NCBI GenBank assembly: GCA_963737345.1
Contig: CAVTSM010000005.1
Span: 334,064 to 398,063, forward strand
Length of the DNA: 64,000 nt
From: an uncultured Pseudomonadota bacterium
Lineage (GTDB): Bacteria > Myxococcota_A > Polyangia > Fen-1088
Direction of reading: 5' to 3'
Shown: one piece after another, positions 23,365-29,784 of the stretch
Position numbering within the stretch: the stretch's first letter is position 1
How the letters are laid out: each line of letters begins with the position of its first letter
Program-made: the position numbers and the translations under genes
The notes under the pieces: generated by a model
Database searches by the model: none
The model's input: the letters and a program-made list of their open reading frames with translations, nothing else
Told to the model about the DNA's origin: nothing

Positions 23365-24792
23365 ATGGGGCCGCCGGCCGACGACCACGACTGCGGGTGG
23401 AAGACTCGCGCCGCGGACCTCGAAGCGAAGCTCGAGGAGGTGGCCGCCAAGATGGCCGCCATGGAGCGCCGGATCCTGGGGCCGAAGAGCGAGAAGCTTC
23501 CGCCGATGGATCGGGAAGTCCGCAAGCAGCGACCGGCAGATCCCGCCGCGACGCGCGCGACCCGACGCAAGAACGCCGAGCTGCGCGCCACCCGCGTCGT
23601 AACCGAGGACGTCCCGCACAAGGTGCCGGAGGCGGAGCGCACGTGCCCCAAGTGCGACGGCGCTGACCTTCGGCCCGTCGGTGACGGCAAGGTGTCGATG
23701 GTGCTGGACTACGTGCCCGGGTACTTCCGGCGCCGCCAGCACATTCGCGAGACGCTGGCCTGCGTGTGCGGCGATCACATCGTGACGGCGCCCGGTCCTG
23801 ACCATTCCATCGAGGGTGCGCGCTACGGCGACAGCTTCCGTGCTTTCGTCGTCACCTCCAAGTGCGCCGACGCGATCCCTCTTTACCGGCAGGCCAAGCA
23901 GATGAGCCGCCTCGGGATCCCGATCTCGCGCAGCACGCTCACGGACCTGCTGCACCAAGCGGCCCGTCAGCTCGCGCCGCTGTCGAAGCGGCTGCTCGAA
24001 CTGGTCGCCGCCGCGGAGGTCGTGCAAGCGGACGAGACGTCACTGAAGATGCAGCAGCCGAACAAGCGGGGCTTCGTCTGGACCTTCCTCGCGGAGAAGC
24101 TCATTGCGTACGTCTTCTCGAGCAGCCGCAGCGGCGAGACGCCGTCGACGGTCCTGGGGGCGAGCACGGGGACGCTCGTGGTCGACATGTACACCGGGTA
24201 CAACGAGGTCACCAGCACCGGCGGTCGGACGCGGGCTGCCTGTCTCGCGCACGCGCGGCGCCGCTTCTTCGACGCGCTCTCGTACGCGCCGGAGGCTCGC
24301 ACCGCGCTCGAACTGATCCGCGACGTGTACGTGGTGGAGCACGACGCAAAGGCCGACGGCGTCGCGCGCACCGACGAGCACACCAACCTCCGCCGAGCGC
24401 GTTCGCGGCCAATCATGGACCGCCTGCACAGCTGGCTCGTCGAGCGAAAGGACCAGTACGCGCCGAAGGGCCCCATGGCGAGCGCCGTCCGGTACGCTCT
24501 GAACAACTGGGACGAGCTTACCCGCTTCCTCGACGACGCGCGCATTCCGCCCGACAACAATCGCAGCGAGTCGGCGCTTCGAGTCGTGGCTCTCGGTCGC
24601 AAGAACCTCCTGTTCGTGGGTCATGAGCAAGCCGGCGCCAACATCGCCGGCCTCTACTCCCTCACCGCCACTTGCGAAGCGAACGGTGTCGAACCCATCG
24701 CCTACCTGACCGACGTCCTCGGCCGCGTCGGCTCCCATCCTGCTTCCGCCCTCGACGATCTCCTGCCCCACAAGTGGCGGCCGTCGGGCTGA
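23365..24792 (+). CDS. tnpC: IS66-family transposase TnpC
   Basis: 475 aa with an N-terminal coiled coil, a zinc-finger CPKCDG, and a DDE core (VQADETSLKM...DMYTGYN...). Confidence 0.92.
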   Translation: MGPPADDHDCGWKTRAADLEAKLEEVAAKMAAMERRILGPKSEKLPPMDREVRKQRPADPAATRATRRKNAELRATRVVTEDVPHKVPEAERTCPKCDGADLRPVGDGKVSMVLDYVPGYFRRRQHIRETLACVCGDHIVTAPGPDHSIEGARYGDSFRAFVVTSKCADAIPLYRQAKQMSRLGIPISRSTLTDLLHQAARQLAPLSKRLLELVAAAEVVQADETSLKMQQPNKRGFVWTFLAEKLIAYVFSSSRSGETPSTVLGASTGTLVVDMYTGYNEVTSTGGRTRAACLAHARRRFFDALSYAPEARTALELIRDVYVVEHDAKADGVARTDEHTNLRRARSRPIMDRLHSWLVERKDQYAPKGPMASAVRYALNNWDELTRFLDDARIPPDNNRSESALRVVALGRKNLLFVGHEQAGANIAGLYSLTATCEANGVEPIAYLTDVLGRVGSHPASALDDLLPHKWRPSG

Positions 24793-24868
24793 CCACGCCT
24801 CGGTCCTCACGCTACCTCGATACCCCGGTCGCCCCCGGTCGTCACGACGTCGCCGGTCGGACGGTTAC

Positions 24869-25150
24869 GATTAGGCGATTCGCCTCGGCGCATTTCGCGG
24901 CGGCTCCTCGAACGTCCCAAATCGACGTACGGTAGTTGGGCGACGGAATCGCCGAGGATTCGATCCCCTCGTGGGGCCCGGACGCTCGGCGGTACACATA
25001 CCGTTCGGTGTTCGTGACTGGTGCTTCGCGAAGTTCTCGAGCGGCACCCAATAGGGCATCGCGAACGAGGGCAGCGAGGTGGCCAACGTCGATCGGCTTT
25101 GCCGGACCTAGAGGAATCGTGATCTCACTCATCGTCGCCCGTCCGTCCAA
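24869..25150 (-). pseudogene. cassette 3, N-terminal fragment of the IS66-disrupted gene
   Basis: Track ORF 24842..25150 runs from the cassette into the IS right end. The native part ends ...KCAEANRLI at the target duplication. The start is either ATG 25150 (inside attC4) or ATG 25132 (MSEITI...). Confidence 0.75.
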
Positions 25151-25297
25151 CGTTTTGCCGTTCAGCGGTGAACGCCGAACGGATGTGCGATCGTACCACG
25201 GCCGCGAGGAGCCGCGGGCGCAGCCCGCGGCGTCGCGGCACTGCCCGCGCTCGGGCGAGCCGCGCGGGCGTTCATCCGCTGCAACGGCTTGTTAGGC
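25145..25297 (-). repeat. attC-like site 4 (153 bp, long class)
   Basis: It has perfect boundary boxes, GTCCAAC and GTTAGGC. The arms are GCCGTTCAGCGGTGAACGCC / GGCGTTCATCCGCTGCAACGGC. The stop of ORF 25292..25615 lies inside the terminal box. Confidence 0.85.
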
Positions 25298-25615
25298 GGC
25301 GTACCAACTCGGCGCTTCGCGGCTGCCCGACCAGCCCCAGTCACGGAGCATGTCGACAATCTGAGATTCGTCGAACTCGGCATCAGGCGAGTCGTCGAGG
25401 CAAGAGTAGCCAAACCCGGCGTCCACCAGTCGCTGCGTGACAGCCTCGATCTCTCGATACGAGGTAACGAGCAGCATTCCGCGCCGAGCACCGAACTCCG
25501 CCAAGAGCACCGGCACCGTCAGCCGTTCGCCCGCGAGGTCGACCTCGAACGGAATCTGGACCTTGAGACCGAATCGCGCGGCAATCCGGACCCAGTGCTG
25601 CTGGAATGCCGTCAT
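25292..25615 (-). CDS. cassette 4: hypothetical 107-aa protein
   Basis: A single small ORF. Its TAA stop is embedded in the attC4 core. No domain recognised. Confidence 0.6.
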   Translation of the reverse strand: MTAFQQHWVRIAARFGLKVQIPFEVDLAGERLTVPVLLAEFGARRGMLLVTSYREIEAVTQRLVDAGFGYSCLDDSPDAEFDESQIVDMLRDWGWSGSREAPSWYAA

Positions 25616-25721
25616 TCTTGTCCGCCTAGTCAGAATGGAACGACCGGCTCACGCCTGGGCGTGGGTTACGTTCGGGCTCGGTAAGAAGTCCAACCGCAGA
25701 GCCACAAAGGAGGAGCCGGTC

Positions 25722-26846
25722 ATGATCAAGAGTACACGATTCGTGGGATTGGATGTTCACGGCCAGACCATCGCGGCGGCGATCGGCGACGGGTACGGTA
25801 AGGCGCGCAGTCTCGGCCAGTTTCCCAATCGGCCTGAAGCGGTGCGCAGGTTCATCGAGCAACTCGGCGGGCCCGCGGGGCTCAAGATCTGCTACGAGGC
25901 CGGTCCGACGGGGTACGCGCTGTACTGGCAGCTCGCGAAGATGGGCGTCGATTGCGAGGTCGTCGCGCCGTCGTTGATCCCGCGCAAGCCGGGCGAGAAG
26001 ATCAAAACCGACCGGCGCGATGCCGAGAAGCTCGCGCAGTGCCTCCAGAGCGGCACGCTGACCAGCGTCTGGGTCCCCGACGCCGCCCACGAAGCGCTGC
26101 GCGACCTGGTTCGCGCGCGAGCCGCCGCCAAGAGCGACGAAAGCCGCGCGAAGCACCGGCTCGTGAAGTACCTGCTTCGAAACGGGCTCCGACATCCCGA
26201 CGACTGTCGCGCGTGGACGCACCCTTGGTGGCGCTGGGTTCAGGGCATCACCTTCGACCACGACACCCAGCAGGTCACGCTGGCCGACCTCGTCGCCCAG
26301 GTCCTCCATCAGCGCGAGCGGCTGGCACGGCTCGACCTGGCGATCGACCGCGCGATCGAATCGGCGCCGCCCGAGAAGAAGGCGGTCATCGATGCGCTGC
26401 AGGCGCTGCGGGGCGTCGCCAAGCTCACCGCAGTCACCATCGTCACGGAGGTCGGCACCTTTCAACGGTTCCGCAAGCCGACGGAGCTCATGGGTTACAC
26501 CGGGCTCGTCCCGTCTGAGTACTCGAGCGGCGCACGAGAAGCCAAGGGCCGAATTACCCGAACCGGCAATGCCCATCTTCGGCACGTGCTCGGCGAGGCA
26601 GCCTGGCATGCGCGCCACCGACCCTGGTTGAACGTCCGCCTCAAGAAAACGCTTCCCACCCTGCCGGCGGGCATCTCCGAGATCGCCTGGAAGGCGCAGG
26701 AGCGACTGCATCGCAAGTTCACCAAGCTGACCTTCCACCGAAAGCCGCCGGCCAAAGTGGCGACGGCCGTGGCGCGGGAATTCGTCGGCTTCATCTGGGC
26801 GATCGGCCGCCTCGCCGAGAGCCACGCCACGAGAGCCGTCGCGTAG
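25722..26846 (+). CDS. IS110-family DEDD transposase
   Basis: 374 aa starting MIKSTRFVGLDVHGQT (the first D of the DEDD motif). The C-terminal region LQALRGVAKLTAVTIVTEVG...RFRKPTELMGYTGLVPSEYSSG matches the Transposase_20 region. An AAGGAGG RBS lies upstream. Confidence 0.92.
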   Translation: MIKSTRFVGLDVHGQTIAAAIGDGYGKARSLGQFPNRPEAVRRFIEQLGGPAGLKICYEAGPTGYALYWQLAKMGVDCEVVAPSLIPRKPGEKIKTDRRDAEKLAQCLQSGTLTSVWVPDAAHEALRDLVRARAAAKSDESRAKHRLVKYLLRNGLRHPDDCRAWTHPWWRWVQGITFDHDTQQVTLADLVAQVLHQRERLARLDLAIDRAIESAPPEKKAVIDALQALRGVAKLTAVTIVTEVGTFQRFRKPTELMGYTGLVPSEYSSGAREAKGRITRTGNAHLRHVLGEAAWHARHRPWLNVRLKKTLPTLPAGISEIAWKAQERLHRKFTKLTFHRKPPAKVATAVAREFVGFIWAIGRLAESHATRAVA

Positions 26847-27149
26847 CAGGACGACCAACACACCGATGAACCTGAGGATGGCGAGCCGAGCAGCACGGAA
26901 AGGAGAATCCTCGAAAATCGTTATGCGGCAACCAACCCGCGATGCCTAGTCCGAGGCAGCTCCCGACGCATCAAAGACTGTGAGGTACGTCGCCGCGCTC
27001 CGCGCGTCGACCAACCCTCGAATATCAGCCTGATCAACCGTCGACTCAGCTCGCTCGGCTCGTCATCCCCAGGTTCATCGACAACCTGAAAGGCAACAAC
27101 GCGACAACTACCACCCGAACGCCCGATTCAAGTTGCGGGGTCGTTCCAT
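26847..27149 (+). ncRNA. candidate IS1111-type bridge RNA / seekRNA region (hypothesis)
   Basis: 303-nt non-coding right end. It contains GCCTAGTCcGA (26944-26954), a 10/11 match to the DNA just outside the left IR (25624-25634). It also contains ATATCA and ATCAAC motifs (27022-27038) that mirror the right junction CATATCAAC. Confidence 0.3.
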
Positions 27150-27232
27150 ATCAACGATACTGGCGTTCAGCGGCGGACGCGAGAGGGAGCGGAGCGACCG
27201 ACGCGTCCGCCGCCTGCAACGCCGGGTTAGAC
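27149..27232 (-). repeat. attC-like site 5 (about 84 bp)
   Basis: It reads (T)ATCAAC-GATACT-GGCGTTCAGCGGCGGACGCG...CGCGTCCGCCGC(C)TG(C)AACGCC-GG-GTTAGAC. The left boundary box abuts the IS right IR. Confidence 0.8.
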
Positions 27233-27796
27233 CGCGCGCAGGGTTACCGCTCCGCCTTGAATCAATGCCTGTGCGCCGGCCAGGATGGGACGCGAACCGC
27301 TCCGCGCGACTGCGAGCGTATCGCGGATGTACGTGTTGATACGGCGAGAGACCCTTGTTACCTCGGTGAAGTCCCACTCGGCGAGCGGTGGAAAATGAGG
27401 GTAGCTCGGTTCCCATTTCAGCGCCCGTACTTCGGTGTTGTGGTTCGTGTGGCTCGGCGGAAGCGCGCCTTCACGGACGCCCCGAAGACTCAACTGGATG
27501 AGGCCCCAGCCTTCGATAGTCTCGCGCCACGGGGTTGCCGCCAAGGCTTTGGGTTTCAGGTCGATGCGACTGATCCGATAGCGACCTCTCATCGACGGGC
27601 TGTAGAGCATCAGCTCGACAGACTGGCTTCTCGCACCGTCGAACACTTCCAGGACGTCTTGCAACGTCTTAAACCGCCGAAGTCCCTTTCCCGGTACGGA
27701 ATAGCTCTCAAACACCTCGCACCCCGCAGCGCCTAGCACGAAGGCGAGGACAGCGTCCAGATCCGGCCTGGCCGCATAGAAGTCGAGATTCGGCAT
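27227..27796 (-). CDS. cassette 5: hypothetical 189-aa protein
   Basis: I chose the start at MPNLDFY (ATG 27796) because the track start at 27856 lies inside attC6. The stop is embedded in the attC5 core. No domain recognised. Confidence 0.6.
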   Translation of the reverse strand: MPNLDFYAARPDLDAVLAFVLGAAGCEVFESYSVPGKGLRRFKTLQDVLEVFDGARSQSVELMLYSPSMRGRYRISRIDLKPKALAATPWRETIEGWGLIQLSLRGVREGALPPSHTNHNTEVRALKWEPSYPHFPPLAEWDFTEVTRVSRRINTYIRDTLAVARSGSRPILAGAQALIQGGAVTLRAV

Positions 27797-27807
27797 CGTC
27801 CGAGTCG

Positions 27808-27869
27808 GTCTAACGACCAGGCGTTCAGCGGCGGCGCGCAGCGCGGTCCGCTGCAACGCCTTGTTAGGC
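27808..27869 (-). repeat. attC-like site 6 (62 bp)
   Basis: It reads GTCTAAC-GACCAG-GCGTTCAGCGGCGG...CCGCTG(C)AACGCC-TT-GTTAGGC. Both boundary boxes are perfect. Confidence 0.88.
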
Positions 27870-28100
27870 AGCGCCCCTGTGGAGCGGCCGCACCGAGATC
27901 AAGTCCTCGTCCATCACCGCGCGGACGTCGCTGAGCCGCAGTGTTACGAGCGCCTGGGTTCGACCCGACGCGGTGACGAACTCCACTTCGAGACCGTCAG
28001 GTTCGTACGTCTGCACGACCGCTCCGAGATCGCCCTTCCGGAGACCATTCTCCGGGACGTCCCGATCCAGAACTACCGTGTCGAGTTGCTTGAACGTCAT
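27864..28100 (-). CDS. cassette 6, gene 2: DUF4926-like small protein
   Basis: 78 aa. FKQLDTVVLDRDVPENGLRKGDLGAVVQTYEPDGLEVEFVTASGRTQALVTL matches my recollection of the DUF4926 pattern. The stop lies inside the attC6 core. Confidence 0.6.
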   Translation of the reverse strand: MTFKQLDTVVLDRDVPENGLRKGDLGAVVQTYEPDGLEVEFVTASGRTQALVTLRLSDVRAVMDEDLISVRPLHRGAA

Positions 28101-28104
28101 CGCG

Positions 28105-28443
28105 TCATCCTGGATATGCCGTCACGAATCTCGGGGCATCCTCGCCCATCAAGACCACCCAGACTGTTACAACCTGAGCCTGCCGACCGGATGGTCCCTT
28201 AAGCGTACCACGGACCTCGTACTTCCGGCCGAACTGGCTCGCCTGCCCTTCGATCGCGTCGACGTGTCGGCAGAGGTCCAGCAGATCCGTCTGCAGACGA
28301 CTCCAATCTGCCTGCGAGTATCCGAGCGCTTCGAAAAACACGGCCTTGAACCGACCGACCGGATGCTCCCGCGAGAGCAGATAGTCGCGAACTTTAGCCT
28401 CCTCGACGATTGCGTGATCGGCCTGCGGCAACACCATCAGCAC
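28105..28443 (-). CDS. cassette 6, gene 1: DUF6883-like protein
   Basis: 112 aa. KVRDYLLSREHPVGRFKAVFFEALGY matches my recollection of the DUF6883 signature. It ends 4 nt before the DUF4926-like gene. Confidence 0.55.
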   Translation of the reverse strand: MLMVLPQADHAIVEEAKVRDYLLSREHPVGRFKAVFFEALGYSQADWSRLQTDLLDLCRHVDAIEGQASQFGRKYEVRGTLKGPSGRQAQVVTVWVVLMGEDAPRFVTAYPG

Positions 28444-28453
28444 CTCGAAAGCT

Positions 28454-28538
28454 GCCTAACGATACAGCCGTTCAGCGGCGGGCGGCCACCCGAGCGACGC
28501 GAGGAAGGCCGATCGGCCGCTGCAATGCCTTGTTATCC
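28454..28538 (-). repeat. attC-like site 7 (85 bp)
   Basis: It reads GCCTAAC-GATACA-GCCGTTCAGCGGCGGGCGGCC...GGCCGCTG(C)AATGCC-TT-GTTATCC. Confidence 0.8.
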
Positions 28539-28566
28539 GGCCGCACTGAGGTCAGGTGCCGCCGAT

Positions 28567-28866
28567 TCATGCTCGCCTCTTCTTAGACCAGAGGTGGTCG
28601 GCACCCGCTATCCCGATGCCCAGGACGACCAAAGGCCAGCCGAACATAACATGCGATTCTGCCCGCCGAAATCGTGTCGCTTCCCATTCGCTGACGAAGA
28701 TGTGAGACCCATGATGGACAATCATCGGCACGACTCTACCCGAACTCGGATCCGGAGCCCTCGGCATCGTCGCGGCATACGACGAGTCGAGATAGATTGT
28801 TCGTCCCCCGAGGACCAGCCCCGCTAGGAACGACATCACAGCAATCGCCCTTCTCAAGACAGCCAT
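28567..28866 (-). CDS. cassette 7: small two-TM membrane protein
   Basis: 99 aa with hydrophobic helices AIAVMSFLAGLVLGG and VMFGWPLVVLGIGIAGA and a basic C-terminus KKRRA. Confidence 0.55.
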   Translation of the reverse strand: MAVLRRAIAVMSFLAGLVLGGRTIYLDSSYAATMPRAPDPSSGRVVPMIVHHGSHIFVSEWEATRFRRAESHVMFGWPLVVLGIGIAGADHLWSKKRRA

Positions 28867-28876
28867 TCGTCCGTCC

Positions 28877-28940
28877 GGATAACGTTCCGGCGTTAACCCG
28901 CGGGCGCGGAGCGCCCGTCGGGTTCAACGCCTTGTTGGAC
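28877..28940 (-). repeat. attC-like site 8 (64 bp, short class, near-twin of attC3)
   Basis: It reads GGATAAC-GTTCC-GGCGTTAACCCGCGGGCGC-GGA-GCGCCCG(T)CGGGTT(C)AACGCC-TT-GTTGGAC. Confidence 0.85.
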
Positions 28941-29784
28941 CGCCGCTCACGCCCGCGCCTTCCACAGCATCCCCCGAATCACGCGGCGTGCCATTTCGCT
29001 GTTTCGCTTCTGCGGCAGCAAGACGGAGAACCGATGGATGGTTAGGTCGCTTCAAACACTGGGACATCACGGCCATCGCGACCACAGTGACGACCGTCCG
29101 ATAGGCAGCCATCGCCGCATGGATTTCCTTCTCACCGACCGCTGTTGGGTGTCTGGGGCATGCCTTTTGGCGCGCCACAAGCACGCCGGTGTCGTCGAGC
29201 CCCAACTCGAAGATCCCCTGATCATGCACCGCTGTGTTACGCAGTGTGGGATAGTGCACAAGGCATTTCGTTGTGTCCTCATCGAGCGCGAGTTGCAGAC
29301 CGAATGTCTCGCGGAGAAAGCCCAGACGGCCCGCGAAGGGAAGGAACGAGATTTCCCGTGCCTTTTTGACCGCGGTCGCAGACAACACGGCGTGTACCGA
29401 CGTTGCCCCAATCATGGAGCCCAAGGGTACCTGGTGGTTCTTCCCAAGCGACTCCGGGAAGTGCAGGAGAAGAAAGAGTGTAGTGTCCGTCAGGAACGTG
29501 TCGAGCAGCGTTGTTGCGTAGATCAGAAGGCTGATATCGCTGACGTAACAGAGAGAGTCGTAGGAGGACGCTTCGATCTTTTCAAAATCGCTGAGCGTCC
29601 CACCCCAGTTCGTCGGAAGGGCGTTGCTCTGGGCGTCGTGCCGGTACTGGGTATATGCACACATCAGACGCAACTGTGTCGCTTCCGCCCCGTAGAAACG
29701 AACGAGGCCGAGGCCGAAAGAAGACACTACGCGGGCGTAGACGTCGGCGGCGCGGTCATCATCATATGGCCTTGGACTCTTCAT
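28924..29784 (-). CDS. cassette 8: HEPN-motif (Rx4H) protein, Abi-like
   Basis: The likely start is MKSPRPYDDD (ATG 29784). The track ORF extends to 29994 with an Arg/Pro-rich, non-coding-looking N-terminus. It contains ...VHYPTLRNTAVHDQG (RNxxxH). Local GC is low. Confidence 0.6.
   Translation of the reverse strand: MKSPRPYDDDRAADVYARVVSSFGLGLVRFYGAEATQLRLMCAYTQYRHDAQSNALPTNWGGTLSDFEKIEASSYDSLCYVSDISLLIYATTLLDTFLTDTTLFLLLHFPESLGKNHQVPLGSMIGATSVHAVLSATAVKKAREISFLPFAGRLGFLRETFGLQLALDEDTTKCLVHYPTLRNTAVHDQGIFELGLDDTGVLVARQKACPRHPTAVGEKEIHAAMAAYRTVVTVVAMAVMSQCLKRPNHPSVLRLAAAEAKQRNGTPRDSGDAVEGAGVSGGPTRR

Larger units (their letters stand above)
22514..24868 (+). mobile_element. IS66-family insertion sequence (2355 bp)
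   Basis: Terminal IRs GTAACCGTCCGACCG(A/G)CGACGTC match at 22/23 positions. The 8-bp direct repeat GATTAGGC lies at 22506-22513 and 24869-24876. It has the three-ORF tnpA-tnpB-tnpC organisation. Confidence 0.93.
25635..27149 (+). mobile_element. IS110/IS1111-family insertion sequence (about 1.5 kb)
   Basis: It encodes a DEDD-type transposase flanked by 11-bp inverted repeats: ATGGAACGACC (25635-25645) and GGTCGTTCCAT (27139-27149). It has a short 5' and a long (~300 nt) 3' non-coding end. The exact termini may lie a few nt outside the IRs. Confidence 0.8.

Noticed and set aside
20286-28940. Whether the repeated palindromes are a CRISPR array.
   Set aside because: The repeats are 62-153 bp long, of variable length, and non-identical. 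The spacers are 330 bp to 3.8 kb and each contains a complete ORF. There are no cas genes. The architecture fits attC cassettes instead.
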